The notes beneath the pieces are model-generated. The model saw only the letters and a program-made list of their open reading frames with translations. It did not search any database and had not been told where the DNA came from. 64,000 nt of DNA from Candidatus Latescibacterota bacterium (lineage in GTDB: Bacteria; Latescibacterota; CBDEFO01). The position numbers and the translations under genes were made by a program. Location of the stretch: positions 2,752,001-2,816,000 of the forward strand of contig OZ252149.1 of the NCBI GenBank assembly GCA_965248755.1, written 5' to 3'. Shown here one piece after another: positions 39,285 through 47,717 of this stretch; within the stretch, counting starts at the first letter, position 1; the number at the start of each line of letters is the position of its first letter.

Positions 39285-40049
39285 CTATCCTGCCGTCCAG
39301 CCTCCGTCCACGTAGATTATCTGACCTGTTACAAAATCCGACGCCTCCGACGCTAAAAACGCAAACGTCCCCTTCAGATCTTCAGGGGTTCCCCATCTTC
39401 CCATAGGAGTTCTGGACAGGATATGCTCGTTCCTTTGTCTATCCTCCATTATAGGTTTTGTTAAATCGGTGGCGATAAATCCCGGCGCTATGGCGTTCAC
39501 ATTGATGTTGTATTTCGCCCATTCTACAGCCAAGGTCTTGGTCAAAATCACCAGGCCGCCCTTGCTGGATCCGTATGCCAGGGTGGTGCGAATTCCGATT
39601 GTGGACGTCAGGGACGCCGTATTTATGATCTTGCCCTTTTTCCTTTTGATCATCTCCCTTCCGGCAAGCTGACAGCATAGAAAGACCCCCTTTAGGTTCA
39701 CATCCAGCACCCTGTCCCACTCATCCTCCGGGAAGTCCTCAGCTGCAATTCGATAGGTTGTACCCGCATTGTTGACCAGAATATCTATCTTCCCAAACTC
39801 ATCGAGCGCGGTCTCTATCAATCTCTCTATGTCCTCTTTTACTCCCATATCCCCCGGAACTGCGACTACCTTTCTTCCCAGTTTCCTTATCTCATCAGCT
39901 GTACTTTCCAGCCTGTCTGTGTTCCTGCTATTTAGGACTATATCCGCTCCCGCCTCGGCCAGAGCCATCGCGGCTCCCCTGCCTATTCCCCGGCTCCCGC
40001 CCGTAACAACCCCGACATTCCCCGCCAGGCTCATCTTGTCAAGTATCAT
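39285..40049 (-). CDS. Classical SDR (KduD/gluconate 5-dehydrogenase-like)
   Basis: TGGSRGIG, NNAG, YGSSK, NAIAPG, VDGG; ATG at 40049 after GGAGG. Confidence 0.88.
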   Translation of the reverse strand: MILDKMSLAGNVGVVTGGSRGIGRGAAMALAEAGADIVLNSRNTDRLESTADEIRKLGRKVVAVPGDMGVKEDIERLIETALDEFGKIDILVNNAGTTYRIAAEDFPEDEWDRVLDVNLKGVFLCCQLAGREMIKRKKGKIINTASLTSTIGIRTTLAYGSSKGGLVILTKTLAVEWAKYNINVNAIAPGFIATDLTKPIMEDRQRNEHILSRTPMGRWGTPEDLKGTFAFLASEASDFVTGQIIYVDGGWTAG

Positions 40050-40069
40050 AAAGTATCCTCCATCTCTGT

Positions 40070-41191
40070 CTACGTTGACGCTCTTACACAATCAGCCCAT
40101 GTTCTCATATATTTAATCCCCGCAATGATGTCATTTTGACTCACTTTATCCGTCACAATCACTTTTCCAATCCTTTCGGGGAGCACAAATCTTATCACAC
40201 CTTCTTTTACCTTTTTATCGGATTTCATCCTATCCAAAATATCGCTCGTAGATATATTCTCAATTCCCTTCGGGACCTCTACTCTTGACAATAGGCTGTT
40301 TTGACGCTCAAGGTCATCTTTCTTGAACAGACCCAATCTTTCTGCTATACTTCCCGCTGCGACCATGCCCAAAATCACTGCCTCGCCGTGCCTGTACACG
40401 CTGTAATTTCCCGCAGCCTCGATAGCGTGCCCGACCGTATGCCCGTAGTTCAAAGTTGCCCTCAAATCTCCCTCTTCTTTTTCATCTCCACTCACAATAT
40501 GCGCTTTTATGCGGCAGTTCCTGGCAATTAGGTCGTCCATCTGATCTGCTGAGACCTTCAGTTCCAGTATATCCTCTAAATTATCCTCCAAAAATGAAAA
40601 GAGTTCCTCGTCGGCGATCAAGCCGTGCTTTATGACCTCCGCTATGCCTGATCTTATCTCCTCTTGGGGGAGCGACCTTAAAAGATCGGTGTCCACAAGC
40701 ACAAACCTCGGCTGGTGAAACGCTCCGATCAGATTCTTTCCTAACTTATGGTCTACAGCAACCTTGCCCCCTATGCTGGCATCCACCTGGGCCACGATAG
40801 AGGTCGGGACCTGAACCAAGTCTATGCCCCTCAGGAACGTAGCTGCCACAAATCCCGCTGTATCTCCTATGACGCCTCCTCCTAACGCCACTATCGCCGA
40901 ACTTCTGTCGAGCCTGCTTTCTATCAGCTTTTCGTAGATCACATCCGCCGTCTCCAGATTTTTGTGCTCCTCGCCGTCCGGTATCACCACATCCACAACC
41001 TCTAAGTCCACCTTCTTGAGGCTGTGAGATGCGATATCCAAGTACGAATCGGCGACAGACATGCTGGATATTACCGCTGCCTTTCTGCCAAGTTCGTGCC
41101 TTTTATAGTACTCGCCCAACTGTGCCAGTACCCCATGTCCCACGTATATAGGATAGCTCCTGTCACCCAAATTTACAACTATCTTTTCCAC
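40070..41191 (-). CDS. aroB: 3-dehydroquinate synthase
   Basis: DGEEHK, GGGVIGD, DASIGGK, KNLIGAFHQP, LNYGHTVGHA, HGEAV, DKK. Confidence 0.96.
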   Translation of the reverse strand: MEKIVVNLGDRSYPIYVGHGVLAQLGEYYKRHELGRKAAVISSMSVADSYLDIASHSLKKVDLEVVDVVIPDGEEHKNLETADVIYEKLIESRLDRSSAIVALGGGVIGDTAGFVAATFLRGIDLVQVPTSIVAQVDASIGGKVAVDHKLGKNLIGAFHQPRFVLVDTDLLRSLPQEEIRSGIAEVIKHGLIADEELFSFLEDNLEDILELKVSADQMDDLIARNCRIKAHIVSGDEKEEGDLRATLNYGHTVGHAIEAAGNYSVYRHGEAVILGMVAAGSIAERLGLFKKDDLERQNSLLSRVEVPKGIENISTSDILDRMKSDKKVKEGVIRFVLPERIGKVIVTDKVSQNDIIAGIKYMRTWADCVRAST

Positions 41192-41225
41192 CCTGTCTCT
41201 TAGTTCCTTTCTACAACCTATGTTC

Positions 41226-42188
41226 TCACTTATCTCTCAACAGCGCGCGCTCCACAAAGTGAGAGACAAGCGCCTCAAAGGAGATACCGACGGCTCGAGC
41301 TGCATCTGGATAAAGGCTGGTCGGCGTCATTCCCGGCAACGTGTTGATCTCGATGACTACGGGCTCTCCTTCTTCTGGAACGATGAAATCCACCCTCGAT
41401 AGATCCCTGCAGCAGAGCGCTTCATGTGCCAGTGTGGCGATTTCCTGAGTGAGGCGATACTGCACCTCTGGAAGCGGAGCAGGGATGATGTGTTCGCTCA
41501 GGCCCGGTGCGTAGCGATGTTCATAGTCATACCACGAACCTGGAGGTGTTAGAATCTCAATTACCGGCAACGCTTCTATCCCATCTCGTTCGAGAATTCC
41601 CACAGTTATCTCACGACCCTCGATGCGTTTCTCAACAAGGACCCTCTCGTCGTAGGAAAAAGCAGCATCTATCGCCCCTTCAAGATCTGTCAAGTCCTCT
41701 CCAAATAGAATTCCGAGAGCAGAACCCTGACTGGAGGGTTTGACCACCACATCAGATCCCAGCACATCAAGAACGCGCTCTGCTGCACACGAAGCACCCT
41801 CGCTCCGGTGGATGACAATATCCTTTGCCACGGGCAGTCCATTGGCTCGAAAGATCTGTTTGGAAACTATCTTGTCCATTCCGCAGGCGCTGGCCAGTAC
41901 ACCGCTGCCGACGTACGGGATGCCTAAAATTTCAAGAAGTCCTTGAAATGTGCCATCCTCACCCGGGGGGCCATGGAAAGCAGGAAACACGATATCTACT
42001 TGTGTATCTCTAAGGGCTTCTACAATTTTGTCATCGTGCTCAAGGATAGTCACATTTTTATAAGTGGCACGAAGGGCGTCGGCGATGCATCTCCCTGAGA
42101 CTCGGGAAACCTCCGCTTCAGGCGAAGGTCCGCCGCATACGACAGCGATAGATGGCTTCTCCTTTTGAGACATAGCATAACCTTTCAT
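41226..42188 (-). CDS. ddl: D-alanine--D-alanine ligase
   Basis: GGPSPEAEVS, HGPPGEDG, MDK, KPSSQGS, YDYEHRY, RVDF, EINTLPG; alternative start 42173. Confidence 0.92.
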   Translation of the reverse strand: MKGYAMSQKEKPSIAVVCGGPSPEAEVSRVSGRCIADALRATYKNVTILEHDDKIVEALRDTQVDIVFPAFHGPPGEDGTFQGLLEILGIPYVGSGVLASACGMDKIVSKQIFRANGLPVAKDIVIHRSEGASCAAERVLDVLGSDVVVKPSSQGSALGILFGEDLTDLEGAIDAAFSYDERVLVEKRIEGREITVGILERDGIEALPVIEILTPPGSWYDYEHRYAPGLSEHIIPAPLPEVQYRLTQEIATLAHEALCCRDLSRVDFIVPEEGEPVVIEINTLPGMTPTSLYPDAARAVGISFEALVSHFVERALLRDK

Positions 42189-42227
42189 TTATGGACGAAA
42201 GGAAAGGTTCTGTTGGTTTTTAATTTC

Positions 42228-42317
42228 GGCTAACGTTCCCGTGTTTGTGAAGTGGTCGAAGGCGGGTTGCCGAAGGCCAAGGCGCATATGCACCAATGCG
42301 TGAGCCAGCTGTTAAGC
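42228..42317 (-). mobile_element. attC site closing the HEPN-motif cassette
   Basis: Minus strand GCTTAAC (RYYYAAC)...GTTAGCC, 90 bp, GC-rich imperfect palindrome. Confidence 0.75.
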
Positions 42318-42437
42318 GTTGTGTTGCTTTTTGTAATCAGAAAAGCAAAAGGAAGTGGACATAACCTTCTCTGTTTTTTAGCCGATGTGCTAAGTCTTAT
42401 CAGGGTTGTCAGGCTCTTTGTTAAGGGAGACTGTATG

Positions 42438-43169
42438 TCATACGAATTGGACGACATCATCCAAGAAAGGGATCACCTGGTGAATGTGCATGAATCCACC
42501 AATCACTTTCTGCCCGTTCATATTGGCATCAGATGACATGACATAATTGCTCCAACGTGGCGGATTCTGTGGATCGATCTGGGGCTGACCTTTTCTTGGA
42601 CTCGACGGTATTGGAGTAATATTGAATTTGTTCGAATGAAAGCATCCATTTCTCAGGTGTCTGAAGAACTGAAGCATTGGATCCCAGTTGCGAGAATCCC
42701 TACCATGCTTCGAAATGAAAAGACTCTTATTTTGTTCAAATGCACCGCCTACGAGATAAGCTGTTAGTGTCTTGAAACGATCAGTTGGATCAGAGCTAGT
42801 CCAGGTGGTTCGTCCCGGAGCAGTGCCGTCTGCGCTCACTGCATCATCAGAGACCAGTTCATAATGAATACTCGTTAGTACAGACGTTTCTTGACCAGTT
42901 ATGAACAGGTGAATCTTGTTTGCTTCATGCAATTCAAGAACCTCCGTCGAGCTAGCAGAGCTTAGCCCAATTATGGGCGTCATGCTATGGTCGTTGACGC
43001 AGCCTTTAATGTTTGTGCTGCTTGACTCCACCATTTTATTGACGACATTTACGAGGTCGCGAATGGTACGGTTGGCGGCTGCAAGCATTAGCGAACCCAT
43101 ATTCGCAACGACCATCTGAGCAAATTGGTTAATCTCATCAAAGTATGGATGATCATCGTTAACAGTCAT
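42438..43169 (-). CDS. Hypothetical cassette protein with an RxxxxH (HEPN-like) motif
   Basis: 243-aa ORF lying between GTTAGGT (43259-43265) and an attC; FFRHLRNGCFH. Confidence 0.65.
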   Translation of the reverse strand: MTVNDDHPYFDEINQFAQMVVANMGSLMLAAANRTIRDLVNVVNKMVESSSTNIKGCVNDHSMTPIIGLSSASSTEVLELHEANKIHLFITGQETSVLTSIHYELVSDDAVSADGTAPGRTTWTSSDPTDRFKTLTAYLVGGAFEQNKSLFISKHGRDSRNWDPMLQFFRHLRNGCFHSNKFNITPIPSSPRKGQPQIDPQNPPRWSNYVMSSDANMNGQKVIGGFMHIHQVIPFLDDVVQFV

Positions 43170-43258
43170 AATTTGGCCCTTCGTAGTACTTAGGGCACAG
43201 AGGTATTCTGAGGATTTGCTCCTTTATACTGTTTCCATCGCACAAAAAGCAACATTGC

Positions 43259-43325
43259 ACCTAACGTATTATATCCAAACTATTTCGTATATCTTTCCAT
43301 TTCAGCGCGCTATCCGAAGATCCCT
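43259..43325 (-). mobile_element. attI-like element, copy 2
   Basis: Core 43278-43303 is 24/26 identical to 45799-45824; ends in GTTAGGT; follows the aroK fragment. Confidence 0.55.
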
Positions 43326-43353
43326 CTGTGCCAAAGACCGACTTACTTTGTTT

Positions 43354-43578
43354 TTATAACCTACCAATAATCTCGTCCGCTATCCTGTCCGGTGGAGTTT
43401 GGTTATTCGATTCTACGATAATATCCGCCGTTCTGTAGAACTTCTCCCTTTCTTGGAGCATCCGCCTTATTTTATCTAATTTTCCACTTTCATCCAATCC
43501 AGATAGCAAGGGCCGGGTATCATCATCTTTTACCCTATCCAGGATCGTCTCAGGTGAAGAAGAGATGTAGGCGCACAC
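43354..43578 (-). pseudogene. aroK: Diverged 3' fragment of shikimate kinase
   Basis: 54/72 aa identical (manual count) to the C-terminus of aroK at 45893; Walker A region missing. Confidence 0.88.
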
Positions 43579-43602
43579 GGTCGTGTTAGCCCGTTAATCT
43601 GT

Positions 43603-44058
43603 CTATAACCTTCCCTCTTCAAGGTCATATACGTCAAACCAGACGTAAACCGGTCGGTGTTTGGGAACTTGCTCCTGGATGTATGTCTCCAAATATTCCT
43701 GGGACTTGTCGGACATCTCACCGAGCCGCATATCCCGCATCTTATTGTTCCAGCGGATAATTTTCATCCTGTCTTTGACTTTCGATTTGGCGTTGACCCA
43801 TTCGGCAACTTCTTCATCTGTGGCTCCCGTAGCCACGAATTCTTTCAATTCCTCATGATCTATCCCTGTAAAAGGCTCAAACTGGCTGCACAGTGAGCAG
43901 GGCCAGAAATTATACTCGCCATTGATCCCCAGAAGGAACGCCCGGCACTTATCCAGACAACGTGCCAAAATCACATAGCCTCCCAACATATCGCGGGGGC
44001 TCCTCGGATATCCCTTCCTCAAATCCCTGGCCAGAAGTTTCAGTTTGTCCATACTCAT
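43603..44058 (-). CDS. DUF5069-like protein (cassette)
   Basis: DL...YPRSPR..LGGYV.LAR..DKCRA...G..GEY and C-terminal DLEEGR; followed by a GGCTAAC core at 43585-43591. Confidence 0.75.
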   Translation of the reverse strand: MSMDKLKLLARDLRKGYPRSPRDMLGGYVILARCLDKCRAFLLGINGEYNFWPCSLCSQFEPFTGIDHEELKEFVATGATDEEVAEWVNAKSKVKDRMKIIRWNNKMRDMRLGEMSDKSQEYLETYIQEQVPKHRPVYVWFDVYDLEEGRL

Positions 44059-44103
44059 ATACTTATTATTCCTTCCAGAAAGCGTTGGTTGAGAAGGAAA
44101 CTA

Positions 44104-44206
44104 TTCTAACTATAAATCTCACCTGCCATAGGCGGCAGCTACTTCAAGGTACAGTACACAAACCCAAACGACAAGCCGTGCAGGATAGTTGCGCCCGTGG
44201 TTAGAT
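44104..44206 (-). mobile_element. attC-like site after the SDR cassette
   Basis: Minus strand ATCTAAC...GTTAGAA, 103 bp, partial stem (CCTGC/GCAGG, CGGC/GCCG). Confidence 0.55.
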
Positions 44207-44255
44207 ACAGCACAGAGCAGGCAGTTTCTATTGCTGATATTCGATTAAATGCAGA

Positions 44256-44855
44256 TTATTCTGCATTCCAGACCGTGAGCACCTGACCTGTCGCATCACC
44301 TTCCACACTTTCAACGTATGCTGCCCCTGCTTGCTCCAGAGTCACCTTACGGCTTCCTTTGGTTACGGGTCCGTCAACAATAAGTGCAGGGCTGACTGAA
44401 TTGATTCGTATCCCTCGGGGCATCACAGTGGACGCACTAAATACGAAGGAATTGATCGCTCCGTTAACCGTCCCCGTCACACAACTTTCAGGGGTTGGGA
44501 ATTGGGTCAGGAAGCCTGTGGTTAATGTGAACGAACCACCGTCATTGATGTAGTCCTTGCCTATGAGAACCAGATTTACTTGCCCCATCAGCTTCCGTCT
44601 GATACCGATATAAAACTTTTCTTCACTCAACTTCTCAAACGGGCCAAAGTGGCTGTCGTGTCCTCCAACTGTCGCTACAACCGCGTCAAACGAACCGACA
44701 GACTCATACATGTCCCGGATGGATTGATTATCCGTGTAGTCGAGGGTCAGATCACCTCTGGTGTGTCCGACTTTAATCACCTCATGTCGCGGTAACAGCA
44801 GTTCTACAACTTTGCTACCGATGTAACCTGAAGCTCCTACAGCAACGATTTTCAT
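44256..44855 (-). CDS. Short atypical SDR oxidoreductase (cassette)
   Basis: MKIVAVGASGYIG, KLMGQVNLV, GGSFTLTTG, RINSVSP, AYVESVEG..TGQ. Confidence 0.85.
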   Translation of the reverse strand: MKIVAVGASGYIGSKVVELLLPRHEVIKVGHTRGDLTLDYTDNQSIRDMYESVGSFDAVVATVGGHDSHFGPFEKLSEEKFYIGIRRKLMGQVNLVLIGKDYINDGGSFTLTTGFLTQFPTPESCVTGTVNGAINSFVFSASTVMPRGIRINSVSPALIVDGPVTKGSRKVTLEQAGAAYVESVEGDATGQVLTVWNAE

Positions 44856-44988
44856 AAGTTTCCTCCCGAATTGTTAAAGTAACATACCTTCGCCTAATCG
44901 CGATAAAAAAGCCAAGTCACATACCTATCGCACCACTCAAGGTCACAGGGTGTAGAGCCTCTCTCTTTGGGAGAATGGCCACGGTTGC

Positions 44989-45069
44989 TTATAACTTATT
45001 ATCGGTCACGAACCCACGTAGTGTGCTTGCGAAGGATGAACGGACAGAGCCGTGACCCAGGTGTTAGGG
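44989..45069 (-). mobile_element. attC-like site after the HAD cassette
   Basis: Minus strand CCCTAAC...GTTATAA, 81 bp, inner GGTCACG/CGTGACC stem; begins 14 nt after the HAD stop. Confidence 0.65.
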
Positions 45070-45083
45070 GCTTTTGCTCCTCT

Positions 45084-45755
45084 TTATGGCACTGTTAGAG
45101 ACTCGATCTGCGCTATTAAATCATGCAAAGGTAGATCGGCCAGAGAGCTCAATTGAAGATCAGCTTCTTCTATAGAAAGGTGCTTGGTTATAGAATTAGG
45201 CACGGACACGCAAAAGATTCCAGCGCTTTTAGCGGCTCGTATACCGTTCGGGGAATCCTCAAACACTATCGCTTCGTCAGCAGCGACAGCCAACGCCCCA
45301 AGGGCAAGCGTATAGAGCGCGGGATGTGGTTTCGTTTCGGTTACATCATCCCGGGTCTTTATGTCATCAAAGTAGTGCAGAAGATCTAAACGGGCTAAAT
45401 GAGGAATAACCCAATTTCTGGGAGAACTGGAAGCTAATCCAATCTTCAGGTTCAGTCGTCTGGCATCTTGCAGATAGCCTTCCACACCGGGTAATGTATG
45501 CTGATCCTGGAGTAGCTCTTGATTGCGCAATCGGAGTTTTGCTTTAATATCTTCCCGATCAATGGACGTACCTAACTGATCTTCTAAATGTTGGTAAGGA
45601 TCGAACGATGATGATGCTGTTCCAATACAAACAGACCAAGTAGATAATGAAAGCTTACAATCGAATTCTTGATATATCTCCTGCCACGATTGGAATATTG
45701 GAAGCTCGGTATCTAAAATAAGACCATCGAAATCGAATATCAGTGCTCTGATCAT
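45084..45755 (-). CDS. HAD-superfamily phosphatase (subfamily IA, cassette)
   Basis: IFDFDGLILDTE, LASSS, KPHP, FEDSPNG. Confidence 0.9.
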   Translation of the reverse strand: MIRALIFDFDGLILDTELPIFQSWQEIYQEFDCKLSLSTWSVCIGTASSSFDPYQHLEDQLGTSIDREDIKAKLRLRNQELLQDQHTLPGVEGYLQDARRLNLKIGLASSSPRNWVIPHLARLDLLHYFDDIKTRDDVTETKPHPALYTLALGALAVAADEAIVFEDSPNGIRAAKSAGIFCVSVPNSITKHLSIEEADLQLSSLADLPLHDLIAQIESLTVP

Positions 45756-45778
45756 TTCGTTATCTCTTACTAAATGGC

Positions 45779-45845
45779 TGCTAATTCGTTTACACGTGAA
45801 CTATTTCTCATATCTTTCCATTTCGGTCTGATATTCGAAGTTCGG
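45779..45845 (-). mobile_element. attI-like element, copy 1
   Basis: Non-coding element directly after aroK that shares AACTATTTCnnATATCTTTCCATTTC with 43278-43303; terminal core is a degenerate ATTAGCA. Confidence 0.5.
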
Positions 45846-45892
45846 ATATATATCTTTGTGGCTGAAAAAGTAACATCGCTCTGTTCTCCCCC

Positions 45893-46435
45893 TCATCTTT
45901 GACCCTTCTGCTTTTTCGATAACCTATCAATGATCTGGTCAGCTTTCCTGCCAGGGGAAGTCTCGTCGTTAGATTCTACTATAATGTCCGCCATCCTGTA
46001 GAACTTCTCTCTCTGTTCCAGCATCCGTCTTATCTTGTCCAGCTTTCCCTTTTCATCCAGTCCAGATAGCAGAGGTCGGTGATCGTGATCCCTTACTCTC
46101 TCTACAATAGTCTCCGGTGAAGAAGACAGATAGACGCTTATCCCTGACTTTGAGATCGCTGCTCTATTCCTCTGGTGAACAATAGCTCCACCGCCCAGAG
46201 AGACGATAGCTCCCGAAAGGGAACACGCCTTCTTCACACAATCGTGCTCCACATCTCTGAAGTAGCCCTCGCCGTCCTCTTCAAAGATCTCGGGAATTGT
46301 CCTTTTCTCCATCTCCTCGATCATATCGTCTGTGTCCAGGAATTTTATCCCCAGTTTCTTGGAAAGAGCCAGGCCGACCTTTGTCTTACCCGCACCCATA
46401 AACCCCGTTAGAAATATATTCTGCCCTTTACACAT
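45893..46435 (-). CDS. aroK: Shikimate kinase
   Basis: [26 protein letters not shown]; likely ATG at 46435 overlapping the aroC end. Confidence 0.95.
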   Translation of the reverse strand: MCKGQNIFLTGFMGAGKTKVGLALSKKLGIKFLDTDDMIEEMEKRTIPEIFEEDGEGYFRDVEHDCVKKACSLSGAIVSLGGGAIVHQRNRAAISKSGISVYLSSSPETIVERVRDHDHRPLLSGLDEKGKLDKIRRMLEQREKFYRMADIIVESNDETSPGRKADQIIDRLSKKQKGQR

Positions 46436-47603
46436 TGTAGCTCTGGACATAAGCTTCGTAGTTGTGTCGGACCTCCTGCATGCTGTCCCCACCGAACTTC
46501 TCCAGAAAGGCGTCCGCAAGTACAAAGGCGACTACTGCCTCGCCGATAACGGACGCCGCCGGGACGGCGCATACGTCGCTCCTTTCTACGTGAGCTAAGA
46601 CTTTCTCCTTGGTCTCCATGTTCACGGACTCAAGCGGCCTCATTAAGGTGGAAATCGGCTTCTTAGCCACTCTGACGATCAGCGGCTCTCCGTTTGTCAT
46701 TCCGCCCTCCAGGCCCCCTGCGTTGTTCGACTTTCTGTAGTAGCCCTTCGCAGTGGTCGTACCACCGTCGCCGTAGGCTATCTCATCGTGAACCTGTGAA
46801 CCCTTTCTGCGGGCGCAGTCGAAGCCCAAGCCTATCTCCACTCCCTTCATAGCCTGAATACTCATCAGCGCCTGAGCCAGTCTTCCATCCAGTTTCCTGT
46901 CCCAGTGAACGTGACTTCCCAGTCCTACAGGGAGTCCTGTTACAACCACCTCGAAAATTCCCCCTGCGGAATCCCCCGCATTTTTAGCTTCATCTATCTT
47001 TTCTATCATCTTCTTTTCAATCTCGGGGTCTACGCATCTGACCGGAGACTTATCTATCTTTTCGTTGGAAAGCTCTTTTAAAGCTTCAATGCTGAGTCTA
47101 TCTCCCTCCACACCTCCGATACAGGTCACGTGGCTCTTGATCTCTATGCCGAACTCCTCCAACAGCTTCCTTGCGACAGTCCCTATGGATACCCTCGTGG
47201 CCGTCTCCCTTGCGCTAGACCTTTCCAGCACATTCCTAATATCCACATGTCCGTATTTGATCGAACCTGCAAGGTCGGCGTGGCCTGGCCTCGGTATCTG
47301 CACGGGCGTTACGTTTTCTCCACTTCCCTCAACGCTCATCCTTTCTGTCCAGTTTTCCCAATCCTTATTCTCTATCAAAAGGGCGATAGGCCCTCCCAAG
47401 GTCTTCCCGAATCTCACACCCGAAAGTATCTTTGCCCTGTCGGATTCTATCTTCATCCTCCGGCCGCGTCCGTAGCCCTGTTGTCTCCTCCAGAGTTGAT
47501 GCGCAATATAATCCTCACTTATCTCCAGCCCTGAGGGCATGCCCTCCAGGATGCCTATCAGACCCTGACCGTGAGATTCTCCTGCTGTAAGGTGGCGAAG
47601 CAT
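46428..47603 (-). CDS. aroC: Chorismate synthase
   Basis: [42 protein letters not shown]. Confidence 0.97.
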   Translation of the reverse strand: MLRHLTAGESHGQGLIGILEGMPSGLEISEDYIAHQLWRRQQGYGRGRRMKIESDRAKILSGVRFGKTLGGPIALLIENKDWENWTERMSVEGSGENVTPVQIPRPGHADLAGSIKYGHVDIRNVLERSSARETATRVSIGTVARKLLEEFGIEIKSHVTCIGGVEGDRLSIEALKELSNEKIDKSPVRCVDPEIEKKMIEKIDEAKNAGDSAGGIFEVVVTGLPVGLGSHVHWDRKLDGRLAQALMSIQAMKGVEIGLGFDCARRKGSQVHDEIAYGDGGTTTAKGYYRKSNNAGGLEGGMTNGEPLIVRVAKKPISTLMRPLESVNMETKEKVLAHVERSDVCAVPAASVIGEAVVAFVLADAFLEKFGGDSMQEVRHNYEAYVQSYNV

Positions 47604-47659
47604 GTACTGCTCCTTCCTGATAAACAAGCAGACAGCATGGAGGCAAAGGCAGTCTGAAT

Positions 47660-47688
47660 GAGATTGCTGCGCTCCGCTCGCAATGACG
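47660..47688. repeat. GTCATTGCGAG...GCAATCTC-type palindromic element
   Basis: Minus strand CGTCATTGCGAGCGGAGCGCAGCAATCTC; degenerate relative near 31819-31885. Confidence 0.55.
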
Positions 47689-47717
47689 GTTTGGGGGGAA
47701 CCACCCTGTCTACTTTT

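Noticed and set aside
41226..42188. VanA/VanB-type D-Ala-D-Lac ligase
   Set aside because: Omega loop retains Tyr as in D-Ala-D-Ala ligases, and there are no vanH/vanX neighbours
42252..42536. Short ORFs 42252-42536 (+) and 42230-42460 (-)
   Set aside because: They run across the attC hairpin and are better explained as non-coding
43354..43578. Functional second shikimate kinase
   Set aside because: Lacks the N-terminal Walker A and shikimate-binding regions; treated as a fragment
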